From a virus: 64,000 nt of DNA. Under the pieces are notes generated by a model that was not told where the DNA came from, did not search any database, and saw only the letters and a list, made by a program, of their open reading frames with translations. The position numbers and the translations under genes are program-made. Below, piece by piece: positions 46,322 through 56,345 of the stretch. Position 1 is the stretch's first letter, and each line of letters starts with the position of its first letter. Where the stretch lies: IMG/VR virus record IMGVR_UViG_3300020408_000003, positions 1 through 64,000 of that record. One strand, written 5' to 3'.

Positions 46322-46905
46322 GTCATAAACTCACTTAAATCTGAATCAGCACTCACTGTTCTCTTTTTTCTAGTTTTTTCTTGTTTTGCGAAAGCTTTTA
46401 TCTTATCGTCAGTATATCGTACCTTTTCAATTCTATCTTTTAAAGAATCGACAAAAGCACTAACTATAGGAGCAGAACCTTCTTCTGCTACCACAAATTC
46501 TTCTAATCCAGAAGAACTTAAATATTTCATTTTTATGTCTTGTTGTTTCTTTTCTTTTGCAATTCTTCGAAGAAAGGCATACCAAGTAATTTGAGTAAAA
46601 TAAGCAAAAGCATTTGGATTACCAGTTCTTGTTGCAGCTTCTAAATTATAATTACCGATTGCTTTTAAACAGTTTTCTACAGCGTCCATAACCATTTCTT
46701 CTCTATACGTATATCGTATAAAGTTAGCCTTATGTGACAACCCTTCAGCTATCCTTAAAAAGCATTGCGCAACATAGTTTGGCACTTTAGGTATTTCTTT
46801 TTTCTTAGATTTTGCTGCATCAGCAATTTTTACATAATCTACAACTGCCTGAGAAAATTCAGCGTTATTAACATAATGTATATTTTTCTTATTTCTTCTT
46901 GGCAT
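46318..46905 (-). CDS. gp55: Late-transcription sigma factor
   Basis: HYVNN, NFIRYTYREEM..DA.ENC, NAFAYFTQI..AFLRRI..EK. Confidence 0.96.
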   Translation of the reverse strand: MPRRNKKNIHYVNNAEFSQAVVDYVKIADAAKSKKKEIPKVPNYVAQCFLRIAEGLSHKANFIRYTYREEMVMDAVENCLKAIGNYNLEAATRTGNPNAFAYFTQITWYAFLRRIAKEKKQQDIKMKYLSSSGLEEFVVAEEGSAPIVSAFVDSLKDRIEKVRYTDDKIKAFAKQEKTRKKRTVSADSDLSEFMT

Positions 46906-46927
46906 AATTTACTCCATTAATAAAGAT

Positions 46928-47020
46928 ATAATATCACACATTGACGTTCATGTAAATATATATTTTTTTAAATAAAAACAAAAAATAATGGTTTACAAAA
47001 CTTAGATTTTAGTATATAAT
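46928..47020. promoter_or_regulatory. Divergent promoter pair: gp55 promoter (-) and antisense-facing promoter (+)
   Basis: Minus: TTTACA-N17-TATTAT (46956-46928); plus: GTTTACA-N17-TATAAT (46991-47020). Confidence 0.7.
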
Positions 47021-47049
47021 AAATTAAGGTATTTTGGGGGAGAGATATA

Positions 47050-47508
47050 CTAGTGAAACGTTTTAGGAAATTGTAAAATATTTGATGTTTTATCGCTGTC
47101 TTTCGCTTCTTGTTGATCTAAATGTTGTTCTATATATTCATGTACTTCGTCGTCGGTCAAATCGTCTAAATGATCTAAATCAATAGGATCTAAATCAGGT
47201 TTTTCTTTTAAAAATTCATTTAATTTAGATAAAGATTTGGTGTATAATTTATATAAATCTGGTGACGGAGTTGATTCTCCAACAACATGTTCTGCATTAA
47301 CTGATTGTAAAGTATTAGGATCATCATTAAAAGATAACCATGGTCTGAAACTAAAAAATTTATAACCGTTTCTAATATTTACTGAATCCTGCAATTTCAT
47401 TGCTTTTCTAATTAATATGGCAGAAGTTTCAATCGTATCCCATTGTACGACTTCACATATTATCTCTTCACCTGTACTTAATTTAAAATGTTTAATATTA
47501 TCTTTCAT
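47050..47508 (-). CDS. Conserved T4-like hypothetical protein (Sm-like N-terminus, acidic tail)
   Basis: KLSTGEEIICEV...PW; follows uvsW. Confidence 0.7.
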   Translation of the reverse strand: MKDNIKHFKLSTGEEIICEVVQWDTIETSAILIRKAMKLQDSVNIRNGYKFFSFRPWLSFNDDPNTLQSVNAEHVVGESTPSPDLYKLYTKSLSKLNEFLKEKPDLDPIDLDHLDDLTDDEVHEYIEQHLDQQEAKDSDKTSNILQFPKTFH

Positions 47509-48974
47509 ATTTCTACTTCGTATGTTTTAAAATTAAATTTTTCTTTATCGTATATTTTTAATCTTTCTTTCCCGTGTTGCCAACTAAAGTTTTTATTTGT
47601 ATCATTACATAAATTATCTATAATATCAAAAAGTTTAGTTGGCATTCCATTATCAGATTTTCTTAGTCCTCTTCCGATCGATTGTAATACTCTGATTTGT
47701 GATTTGCTGGGACTGGCAAAAACAATATTATGAAGATTACGAATATTAATACCAGTGGAAAAAGTACCAAGACTGGCAACAATAATAGCATTCTTTTGTT
47801 TTTCAACTATACCTCTTATCGCTTCTCTATCTGTTGTTTCGGTTGCACCAGATACAAAAAATACTTTGCGCGCTTCGTTTACTTTATTATTTATTAATTG
47901 AAATAAAGGTTTTCCGTGTTTTTCTACCCAATTAAAAAGCACTAATGTATTGCCTTTCTGATCAACCGCTAAATTGGTTATAAATTTATTTCTTTTATCA
48001 TTATCAACTATATATTCTATTTCTTCTTGATACGTTTTCTTTCCAAAATTTTCCCGGTCGTTTTTTAAATAATTTAGAATTATTCGATGTATGTCTAACT
48101 TTGCCAATGTATCATTATCTTGTAAAGCTTTTGTTGTCGTAACTTTATAAGTTTTACCAAACAGACCTTGTAAAACTAATTCATGAGTTTGAGTTCCATC
48201 TAAAGTACCTGTAGTTCCGTATCGATATTCTGCTTCTGTAGCTTTATTCATGATATTCATTAATGATTTCGATTTAAATCCATGGCATTCGTCACCAAAC
48301 ACTGCACCAAATTGTTGAAACCAAATTTTAGGTAATTTGTATATCGATTGCCACGTACTAATGTATATATTTGCATCATTAATTTTTTCTTTACCAGAAT
48401 ATATTTTATGCGCCATATCACTTGGCATATTATAACTTATAAAATCACTATGCATTTGTTCAACTAAACTCGTAGTAGGTACAATGACTAATACTTTTTG
48501 ATTATAGTTAGCTAAAAACCATCGTATCAAATAATAAATTATCAACGATTTTCCTGATCCAGTAGGCGATAGTAATATTGATCGTTTTTGACGTATAGCG
48601 TGTGATATTCCAGTAAACTGGTAATCTCTTAATTCAAATGGTAAATTTAATGTTTTAGCAAAATAAAATATATCTTCTGGCTTAACGTTATTGATGTCAG
48701 TGGCTAAACCGTATTTTGTTCGTATTTCCTTTAATTTATAATTACGAGTTTCAGCAAATACCTTTAATTGCGGATATAAACCACCTGGCAATTCTCCGCT
48801 GTTAACATCATACAATCTTATCTTACCATCCCAAACTCTACGTTTAAAAGCTGGCATAAACCTATAACCTGGAACGTAAAAAGAAAAGAATTCTTTTAGT
48901 TCAGCTGCTATGCCATAATCGCAATCGACGTGTAAATTGGAATGATCTAATTTCCTGACTGAAATTGTTTCCAT
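47505..48974 (-). CDS. uvsW: SF2 DNA helicase
   Basis: RDYQ, SPTGSGKS, DECH, QSIGRGLR. Confidence 0.96.
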   Translation of the reverse strand: METISVRKLDHSNLHVDCDYGIAAELKEFFSFYVPGYRFMPAFKRRVWDGKIRLYDVNSGELPGGLYPQLKVFAETRNYKLKEIRTKYGLATDINNVKPEDIFYFAKTLNLPFELRDYQFTGISHAIRQKRSILLSPTGSGKSLIIYYLIRWFLANYNQKVLVIVPTTSLVEQMHSDFISYNMPSDMAHKIYSGKEKINDANIYISTWQSIYKLPKIWFQQFGAVFGDECHGFKSKSLMNIMNKATEAEYRYGTTGTLDGTQTHELVLQGLFGKTYKVTTTKALQDNDTLAKLDIHRIILNYLKNDRENFGKKTYQEEIEYIVDNDKRNKFITNLAVDQKGNTLVLFNWVEKHGKPLFQLINNKVNEARKVFFVSGATETTDREAIRGIVEKQKNAIIVASLGTFSTGINIRNLHNIVFASPSKSQIRVLQSIGRGLRKSDNGMPTKLFDIIDNLCNDTNKNFSWQHGKERLKIYDKEKFNFKTYEVEI

Positions 48975-49393
48975 CTAATTATATTGCTTATTGTTTGATG
49001 TCGCCATTTTAAGTTATCTATTATCTCTGTCAAAGTATCTACTATCGTTTTATAATATTGTATTTTCTCTTCTGATTTCTGTATTTCAGGATCTGCATCA
49101 TAGTAATAATCCATTTCACCTTTTAATATTTTTAATCCACCAAATGGATCCGGATCCCATTCTAATTTTTCGATTTCATCTTGATCCATTTTTCCATTAT
49201 AGTATAACCATTTTTGTTTTAAAAGGATTTTTTGCTCAAACTCACTTTTTTTCAATATGAGTTTAGCATTCATTAATTTTTCTAAATATTTTGAATGTAA
49301 AATGGGAACTTGTCTAGAAGTCTCATCTAAATGCATTTCACTTATTTTACAATCATCTTTCCATTCATCAAGTAACTGTTTCAAATCAATCAT
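48947..49393 (-). CDS. uvsY: Recombination mediator
   Basis: LHSKYL, WLYYNGK, I.NIIRWKQF..G. Confidence 0.92.
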   Translation of the reverse strand: MIDLKQLLDEWKDDCKISEMHLDETSRQVPILHSKYLEKLMNAKLILKKSEFEQKILLKQKWLYYNGKMDQDEIEKLEWDPDPFGGLKILKGEMDYYYDADPEIQKSEEKIQYYKTIVDTLTEIIDNLKWRHQTISNIIRWKQFQSGN

Positions 49394-50042
49394 AATTATT
49401 ATCTATATCTTCCTCTTCTTTAGTTTTATATGCCCATTCATCGGTGTGACCAACTGACCACTTTGGTTCTGTTTCTACTCTATAATTTTGAGTACAAACT
49501 TTAAAATCTGGTGTCATTAATTTATCTGGCGTTAATGAACTATCACGCCATATTATTCTATTATTTGGTTGTGCAGCAAACTGACCGTTTTTTAACTGTA
49601 TTATATTAAACGATTTATGTTCAGGATCATGTTCAGAGAAGTTTTGATCTAGCGTCGATCTTTCTGAGTGGCAATTGTCAATCGTAAAAAGATATTCACC
49701 TGGATGCATCTTTTTATCTTTTCCAAAAAATTCGCAATTACTTAAAAGCGGTTTTTCTACCACAGTTAAATTATAATCAAAACAATCCCATAATTGTAAA
49801 ACATCAAGCGGCAAATCGCCGTGATCATCTATTTTCCATACAAATGCTGATATTGGAAGTTTATCGAATAAAGCGCCGTAATCCGTTAACAACGTTTCAA
49901 AATATAATGCTTTACTCATTGTGGACTTTACGCTAACCCAGATTCCTGGTGTATATTCGCCGTGTCCTTTTTCTAAATCATATAAATATTCTTTTCTCAC
50001 GAATACGTTCATTGGTGGTAAATTATGTACTAAAAATGCCAT
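49386..50042 (-). CDS. Conserved hypothetical protein
   Basis: Full-length coupled ORF; LQLWDCF, GQFAAQPNNR. Confidence 0.75.
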   Translation of the reverse strand: MAFLVHNLPPMNVFVRKEYLYDLEKGHGEYTPGIWVSVKSTMSKALYFETLLTDYGALFDKLPISAFVWKIDDHGDLPLDVLQLWDCFDYNLTVVEKPLLSNCEFFGKDKKMHPGEYLFTIDNCHSERSTLDQNFSEHDPEHKSFNIIQLKNGQFAAQPNNRIIWRDSSLTPDKLMTPDFKVCTQNYRVETEPKWSVGHTDEWAYKTKEEEDIDNNYD

Positions 50043-50054
50043 ATCAATCCTATA

Positions 50055-50561
50055 TTATAATAAATCAAAATAACTAAATCTAAATGATATTGCAAAGGTA
50101 ACAAATTCTGTACCTGTTGCAGTCGATTCAAATGTAATATCTCCTAAAGCTATCGGTATACAATCTATATATTTAATTTCTTTAGTCTTATTATTGTGAC
50201 TAGATAAAATTGAAATAGTAATATCTGCATACGTTGGAACTACCTTTAATTTATGACTTCTTTTAATCGCGGGTACTTCTTCTTGTTCTAATAACCTACG
50301 CATCCAAGAATACATCTCATCATACGATTTTAAATTTTCATCTAAAATCAAATTAGCAGATAATTCGTTGTACGTTAATTTTGCTCCGGTAAAAGGTATA
50401 CCAGATAATTGTTTATATGGCATTTCAACTGGATTCATAATCATACCAGGATGCGTAACACTCTGTGCGAAGTATTCTAAGTTAGGATAGTTTTCTCTAT
50501 CTATCGTTAACTTATACGAGGTAGGTTGTAAGTAATTTAAATTGTTTGTTAGTGTAGCCAT
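50055..50561 (-). CDS. gp3: Tail tube terminator / tail completion protein
   Basis: NYLQPT, LDENL..Y.EMY.W, LSSHN; downstream of gp23; TATAAATA at 50567-50574. Confidence 0.88.
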   Translation of the reverse strand: MATLTNNLNYLQPTSYKLTIDRENYPNLEYFAQSVTHPGMIMNPVEMPYKQLSGIPFTGAKLTYNELSANLILDENLKSYDEMYSWMRRLLEQEEVPAIKRSHKLKVVPTYADITISILSSHNNKTKEIKYIDCIPIALGDITFESTATGTEFVTFAISFRFSYFDLL

Positions 50562-50585
50562 AATACTATTTATATAACTTTAAAC

Positions 50586-50612
50586 AAAAAAAGAGGGGCA
50601 TAAAGCCCCTCT
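50586..50612 (-). terminator. Terminator after major capsid gene
   Basis: AGAGGGGC-TTTAT-GCCCCTCT followed by T-tract. Confidence 0.9.
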
Positions 50613-50634
50613 AAAGTTATTAATTTAAGTTTTA

Positions 50635-52020
50635 TTAAGATACAGAATCAAGTATGTTGTCTACTCTAAAAATTCTGTAGTACTGGTTAGTTCTTGCATT
50701 AGCAAGACCATTTGCTGGTGCTGAACCTACGAATGGGTTTGAGGCCATTCCATATCTGGTTTTAAAACCAATTTTTGGTTGGAATGTGTTCTCACCAACA
50801 GCACGTACCATTGTTAATGGAACGTATGGGCAATAGAACATACCAGCGTCGTATGGATTAGTTCCCTTATAACCTACGTTTACATAGTTAGCAACCGCAT
50901 ATGGATCGATGTAAACTCTCATTCTTCCGTTTAATGTACCAGCAAATGTATTACCAGTGTCATCAACGTTTAGATTAGTTGACATCGCAGGTGTATAGTC
51001 TAACATACCAGCAGCATTAAGAGCGGAGGCAACATCTGAAGAACAGATTATAAAGTTACCTTTACCACGTCTTGTTTCTTTTGCAATTACGTTAGCTTCT
51101 CTTTCGAGTTGAAATACAAGACCTTTCCATCTTTCAACTGACCAACGACCATCAGCATCGTTCTGAACGTCGAATAGACCGTTTACTTTGATTTCAGCTT
51201 GTCTACAACCGATTTTTGCTTGAAGATTTATAGTTCTAATAACTTCACGATTAATCTCAGCTAAGATTTCTGTTGACAATATATTTGCCAATTCTGTCTC
51301 AGCGTCTAAACCGTGAATAGCTTTTAAATCTTGAGCAAGTTCAAGGCTGTATTCTGCTTTTAACGCTCTTGATCTGGCAGTCACTGTTGCCTTTTCAATT
51401 GTAAATCCCATTTCTGGAATCTGAGCATTTGGTGCAGAACCGTCGCCTAAAGCTTCAGCAGTACCTGTTGCATAACCTGTACCTCTTACTGGTTCTGTAG
51501 CAGAAGATGAGTCAGTAATTGATGGATCAGTATTTTCACCAGCAAAACCGGTGTCTGTTACTCCAACAAAACCTGATGGACCTTTTGCTCCGTTACCAGT
51601 TGTTGATGAGTCGCCTGAGAAGAACGTATTAGCTTCGTTAAATAAAGCTTCAGTATTATTAGCTTGACCAGCTGGATGAATACCTTGTGGATCTTTATAG
51701 ACTGACTTCATCGCAAAGATAAGTCCAGTTGGACCAGTCATTGGTTGTACACCGCAAACGTCGTATGCCATAAGGTTTGGCATTGCACGTCTTACCAGTG
51801 CGATTAGTACAGGGTTCCAGTTTGCTACACTACCAGTAGCGTTAGCTGGAGCAGCTTCTTGAAGCATACCCTCTTCTTTTAATGCTATTTCTTGGTTTTC
51901 AAGAACAGCAGCTGTAACAGCTTTTTTGTGATGATCTTGTATTGTGCCAGCAGATTCCTCATTGAGTACTGGGGCCCATTTTTCGATCAATCTATCGTAA
52001 GATACAGTATTTGTTTGCAT
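50635..52020 (-). CDS. gp23: Major capsid protein
   Basis: LVRRAMPNL.AYD.CGVQPMTGPTG, SRALKAEY, FQPKIGFKTRYG. Confidence 0.98.
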   Translation of the reverse strand: MQTNTVSYDRLIEKWAPVLNEESAGTIQDHHKKAVTAAVLENQEIALKEEGMLQEAAPANATGSVANWNPVLIALVRRAMPNLMAYDVCGVQPMTGPTGLIFAMKSVYKDPQGIHPAGQANNTEALFNEANTFFSGDSSTTGNGAKGPSGFVGVTDTGFAGENTDPSITDSSSATEPVRGTGYATGTAEALGDGSAPNAQIPEMGFTIEKATVTARSRALKAEYSLELAQDLKAIHGLDAETELANILSTEILAEINREVIRTINLQAKIGCRQAEIKVNGLFDVQNDADGRWSVERWKGLVFQLEREANVIAKETRRGKGNFIICSSDVASALNAAGMLDYTPAMSTNLNVDDTGNTFAGTLNGRMRVYIDPYAVANYVNVGYKGTNPYDAGMFYCPYVPLTMVRAVGENTFQPKIGFKTRYGMASNPFVGSAPANGLANARTNQYYRIFRVDNILDSVS

Positions 52021-52036
52021 CCTTAAGACTCCCTTA

Positions 52037-53176
52037 TTAAGTTTTGATTTGTGATTTAAGAGCAGTTAGATACTGTGACATTGATCCAGAAGTTTCAACA
52101 GTATTATCATCTGTATCTTCTTCTAATTCCATATCAAATTCACTAGTCATCTGTCTTTTCTTAAAGTATGATTCTTTAACAGTATTAACTTTGTCGGCGA
52201 ATTGTTCTACGTCGTCAAAATCAATGTTATCTGTTAAAGATTTTAGTTTTTCAATTTGAGTTTCTGCTAGATCATTCGAAGCTTCACGGATAACCGCTTC
52301 CCTTTGATAACCTTCGAGTTCCTCTGCCATAGCGATGGTTTTTGCTGTTTGGTTATTAAGAGTTTCTTCTAACTCTTCAACTTCTGCAGCAAGATCGTCA
52401 ACTAGGTCGACTTTAGACTCTGGTACTTCAATGTAAGATTCTGTGAATAAATCTTTTAGATTATTCATGAACTTCTCAGCAATTTCTGTACGGAGACCGG
52501 TTTGAACTGCAACCTTATTTTCCTCCATCCAATTCTCAACTACGTAATTAAGATATGAATCAACCTTATTTACGAGTTCTTCTTTGGTTGTAGAAACTTC
52601 AGCTTCCAATTCCTCGTTAAATTTCTCTTCGAGACGATCAATTTCTGCAGCTACTTTTGAATTAATTGCAGCTTCAAAAATTGTTTGAGCTTTACCCTTA
52701 AATTCTTCGGATAAAGTTGCTTCTGAATTAACAAGAGCATTAAGATCACTTGACCAATCAACATCGACATTAACATCATTTGACTTAACTTCAACAGCTT
52801 CGTCATCTTCAATGTCTTCAGCCATGAATTTAGAATACATAGTGGCTAAGTCTTCTTTTCTAGTCTTAGTCATCTTAGTATACATATCGTTCATCATAGC
52901 GGCTTTAGTCTTAGGTATATAGCTTTCAGTTGGTTGTGCACCACCTCCACCGGCCATTTTAGGTCCAGCATCTGGTGATTGAACTTTCTGCATTGGATCT
53001 TTTTTCTTTTGATCGCCTTTTCGAGCGGGTGCAGTTTTACCTGCGTTTTCAGCTGATTTAACTGAAGCAACAGACTTTTGTTCTGCATTTTTAGGATCAT
53101 GCCCCATAGCTTCCTCTACACTTTCATCCTCTTCGTAGAGATCGCCAATGACATCATCTTGGATTTCTTCTGTCAT
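52037..53176 (-). CDS. gp22: Prohead core scaffold (start 53176)
   Basis: LSEEFK.KA.TIFEAA, YLNYVVENW..EN, KESYF. Confidence 0.93.
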   Translation of the reverse strand: MTEEIQDDVIGDLYEEDESVEEAMGHDPKNAEQKSVASVKSAENAGKTAPARKGDQKKKDPMQKVQSPDAGPKMAGGGGAQPTESYIPKTKAAMMNDMYTKMTKTRKEDLATMYSKFMAEDIEDDEAVEVKSNDVNVDVDWSSDLNALVNSEATLSEEFKGKAQTIFEAAINSKVAAEIDRLEEKFNEELEAEVSTTKEELVNKVDSYLNYVVENWMEENKVAVQTGLRTEIAEKFMNNLKDLFTESYIEVPESKVDLVDDLAAEVEELEETLNNQTAKTIAMAEELEGYQREAVIREASNDLAETQIEKLKSLTDNIDFDDVEQFADKVNTVKESYFKKRQMTSEFDMELEEDTDDNTVETSGSMSQYLTALKSQIKT

Positions 53177-53186
53177 ATTTGACTCC

Positions 53187-53846
53187 CTAATTTTTATTTT
53201 TGAGTAACGAGAGGAAATTTTTAAACTCACGAACTTGAGTCTCGTAGAGATTTGTGCGTGATGCCCTTTTAATTTCAGTCTCCATTTTTTCAATTGCTTT
53301 TCGCTCAATAATACCGTTATGCCAAACCCATTCAACACCTTCCATTATCCCATTAACAAAAGCTCCAGGTGCAGATGGATCTTGTACTATGTCTATAGCA
53401 TTAAGCATAAAATCGTCTTTTACATACATTGCGTTATTACGTCGCTCTAAACTTCCCATACCACGAGTCGAAACGCCTAATTGAACACCGCCTTCGAGTA
53501 ACCCTTTTACTATGTTCCCCATCGGAGTTTCCAATATTTGCGCTTTTCCCATAACATCATTTCCCTTAAAATTAAGTTCATTGATCTTATGTGAAACCTT
53601 ATCTAAATTTACAGTCGGCCCTTCTGGGTGATTCAATTCACCTACGGCACGACCTTTAGAAACTTGTTCATCGGTATATTTACCAACTGCCTTTTCCATA
53701 ACTGGCATTGGATAAATTCTACCATTTCTATTTTGCCCTTCAGCTTGAGCAAAAATACCTTCTATATTATAACACTTTTTACCGTTTTTACCTTCAGTGA
53801 TAAAAACTTCTAAATTTGTATCGTTAAATTCTGAAATGAGTTTCAT
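53187..53846 (-). CDS. gp21: Prohead protease
   Basis: NRNGRIYP, GELNHP, GVSTRGMGS, DPSAP. Confidence 0.97.
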   Translation of the reverse strand: MKLISEFNDTNLEVFITEGKNGKKCYNIEGIFAQAEGQNRNGRIYPMPVMEKAVGKYTDEQVSKGRAVGELNHPEGPTVNLDKVSHKINELNFKGNDVMGKAQILETPMGNIVKGLLEGGVQLGVSTRGMGSLERRNNAMYVKDDFMLNAIDIVQDPSAPGAFVNGIMEGVEWVWHNGIIERKAIEKMETEIKRASRTNLYETQVREFKNFLSLLKNKN

Positions 53847-53848
53847 GA

Positions 53849-54103
53849 TTACCTCGGATATGCTACAGGTGTAAATGATACGTTAGCACTACCAGCATAT
53901 ATTTGCTCGTCATGTTTTTTATTAAATATAATTGATTGACCTGTATTCATTAAAAAAGAATGTATAGTAGCACCATCTACCGTACATATCGTTACGGTCG
54001 TAGATGACGTACAACATGCATATACGTTTCTGGTAAACTCTAAATAAGTTCTATTACCTGAACCGTTTGCCGTTGCTGCTTGGCCTGTTGGATTTATATG
54101 CAT
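53849..54103 (-). CDS. Hypothetical virion-module protein
   Basis: Coupled ORF in head operon. Confidence 0.6.
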   Translation of the reverse strand: MHINPTGQAATANGSGNRTYLEFTRNVYACCTSSTTVTICTVDGATIHSFLMNTGQSIIFNKKHDEQIYAGSANVSFTPVAYPR

Positions 54104-54321
54104 TATTTCATTCCTTTATATTGTTTCATAAAAGTCATACCTGCTTTTTCAGCTTCTCTTTTACTTCTATAAGCATCAAGTCTATCACCATCTATGTAAA
54201 CAACAAATTTACCCATTTCATTGTGTATTGTCATAGGAATTCTATTAATTCTTTTGGAGAATACTTTAGGTCCTATTGCCTTTCGTCCAGCAAGTTCTCT
54301 TAATTCAACAAAAGTTTTCAT
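54103..54321 (-). CDS. Small basic protein with capsid-targeting-like leader
   Basis: MKTFVELRE; TATAAATA at 54339-54346. Confidence 0.65.
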   Translation of the reverse strand: MKTFVELRELAGRKAIGPKVFSKRINRIPMTIHNEMGKFVVYIDGDRLDAYRSKREAEKAGMTFMKQYKGMK

Positions 54322-54368
54322 AAAATTTCCTTTGTATATATTTATAAAATTAAAGTTTTCAACGGATT

Positions 54369-54773
54369 TTAATTAGATACTTCTTCATTTCCGTCTTCTT
54401 CACTCCATTCTCCATCGTCTTCTGGTAATTCGTCGTCTTCCATTTCGACTCCCACATCAGAACTGGACTCTTCTTCGGTCTCTTCGTCTTCATAGCTACC
54501 CTCTGCCTCAGCGCTAACGTCTCCACCATCTTCCTCGTTATCGAGATCGAGCTCGAGTTGGTCTTCGTCTCCCGCTGTATCGTCTTCTTCAGCAGGTTGG
54601 CCATTGTAGAGTTGATCTGCAAGTTTTATTTTCTCCTGATCTAAAACGTCATTTAATTTTACAGATATTACATCGCTAAAAATTTTATTTGCTTTATTAT
54701 AATCTTGATCTAGCGAATGTTGTACTAAATCTCTCAAAGGGTTGTCTTCAGTTTCTACTTCTTGTTCAGCCAT
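54369..54773 (-). CDS. Acidic prohead core protein (gp67-like position)
   Basis: Follows portal; very acidic. Confidence 0.65.
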   Translation of the reverse strand: MAEQEVETEDNPLRDLVQHSLDQDYNKANKIFSDVISVKLNDVLDQEKIKLADQLYNGQPAEEDDTAGDEDQLELDLDNEEDGGDVSAEAEGSYEDEETEEESSSDVGVEMEDDELPEDDGEWSEEDGNEEVSN

Positions 54774-54781
54774 AATTACTC

Positions 54782-56293
54782 CTATTCTTCGTTTTCAGGT
54801 TGTTCTTGCTCTTCATCATCAGATTGTTTTTCTAAACTTTCTATATCATCATCAGTTAGCTTAAGAACATTTTTCATAATCCATTCTTTTGAAAAATATG
54901 TTCCAATATATTGTGAAGCTTGATCTAATGTTTGTAATCTTTCTCTTAATAATTCTGATTCTTTTAATTCTGTAAAATGATTGTCTTTAATATAATCAAT
55001 GACGATATCGTTTTTCATACCGTCCCAATCTTCTTCAGTGATAATACCTTTTAACATCAATTGAGTTTTTAATAAACCCATAAACAAATGTGAAAATCTT
55101 GTACGTAATCTTTCGACAAACTTTTGAAATTTTAATTCATCACGAGTTATTTCTGAAGTTCGACCTAAACTAAACTGTGCTTCTTGTTCAAGTCTATTAA
55201 TTGGCACATTTAATGCTTTATATAATTTCTTTTGAAAATATATAATATCTTCTATCTCACCAAGATTTTGTCCACCGGGTAATGTCGTAATTTCTGTACC
55301 TCTACCGCCTTCTCGACGTGGAATCCAAAAATCTTCGATCATTGACATATGTTTTCTATCATCTCGTATTTCACCAGTCTTAGCATCGTATACTATTTTA
55401 TTACGATACCTTGACATAATATCTTTCATATACTGTTCGGCTTTACCTCGAGGTAAGTTACCAACATCTATGTAAAACATTCTTCTTTCTGGTGCTCTTG
55501 ATAATCTGTATATAACAAGAGAATCTTCCATCATTCTCAATTGATTGAGAGGCTTCAATGCTTTATGTAAATAACCTAAAACTTTTTTTCTTGTTTCATC
55601 TAATAAACCAGATGTCACATAACTTACAGAATCAGTACTTAATTTAACGCCTGAAGTTTGTTGTCCCGGCTTTTCTTGATATATGTAAAATTCATCCACT
55701 TTTTCAATCAGATTAGCACCAGTTTGTGGATCTTTTTTTCTTTTAACTTGTTTTATCTTTCTTATTTTAGAAGAATCAATAGGCCTTATTTCTTGTATAC
55801 CTGCTTTTAGCGCTGATTCGTTTACAACTAAATGGTGGTATATTCTTCCATCAACGTACCATCTTCTAAAAATATCATGACCGTCTTCACTAAAATTTAA
55901 CATCGAATATATGTTGTCAAATTCTTCTTTAATTTGTTTTTTAATCCCATCGCTTACTTTTAAATTATCCATAGTAATATCTACGGATTGTTTTCCAATT
56001 TCATTCGATGAAACAACTGATTCGTTAACGATATCTTCAATAGCAGCATCACATTCTGGATGCATAGAAGTTCCTCGATATTTCATTATCAATTGGGCGT
56101 TATCTTTCGAATCATCTCCGTCCATATTAATATATTGTCCATAATGTGAACCACCAGCCGTAACATAGCCAGCGCCATCATCATCTTTCGCTGGAACTAT
56201 AGACGGTTTTTTGTCAGGATCATCTTTCGGCGCTCGTCTTAATTCAAACCCGAATAATCGTAATCCTCTTGTATCATTAATGTAATCAGCCAT
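54782..56293 (-). CDS. gp20: Portal protein
   Basis: FRRWYVDGR, EDSLVIYRLSRAPERR.FYIDVGNLP, RREGGRGTEITTLPG. Confidence 0.98.
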   Translation of the reverse strand: MADYINDTRGLRLFGFELRRAPKDDPDKKPSIVPAKDDDGAGYVTAGGSHYGQYINMDGDDSKDNAQLIMKYRGTSMHPECDAAIEDIVNESVVSSNEIGKQSVDITMDNLKVSDGIKKQIKEEFDNIYSMLNFSEDGHDIFRRWYVDGRIYHHLVVNESALKAGIQEIRPIDSSKIRKIKQVKRKKDPQTGANLIEKVDEFYIYQEKPGQQTSGVKLSTDSVSYVTSGLLDETRKKVLGYLHKALKPLNQLRMMEDSLVIYRLSRAPERRMFYIDVGNLPRGKAEQYMKDIMSRYRNKIVYDAKTGEIRDDRKHMSMIEDFWIPRREGGRGTEITTLPGGQNLGEIEDIIYFQKKLYKALNVPINRLEQEAQFSLGRTSEITRDELKFQKFVERLRTRFSHLFMGLLKTQLMLKGIITEEDWDGMKNDIVIDYIKDNHFTELKESELLRERLQTLDQASQYIGTYFSKEWIMKNVLKLTDDDIESLEKQSDDEEQEQPENEE

Positions 56294-56310
56294 TAATTAT
56301 CCCTTATTAT

Positions 56311-56334
56311 GAGGGGTGCTTGAGTGCACCCCTC
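56311..56334 (-). terminator. GC-rich hairpin between gp19 and gp20 (no U-tract)
   Basis: GAGGGGTGC-ACTCAA-GCACCCCTC. Confidence 0.55.
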
Positions 56335-56345
56335 TATCTTATATA

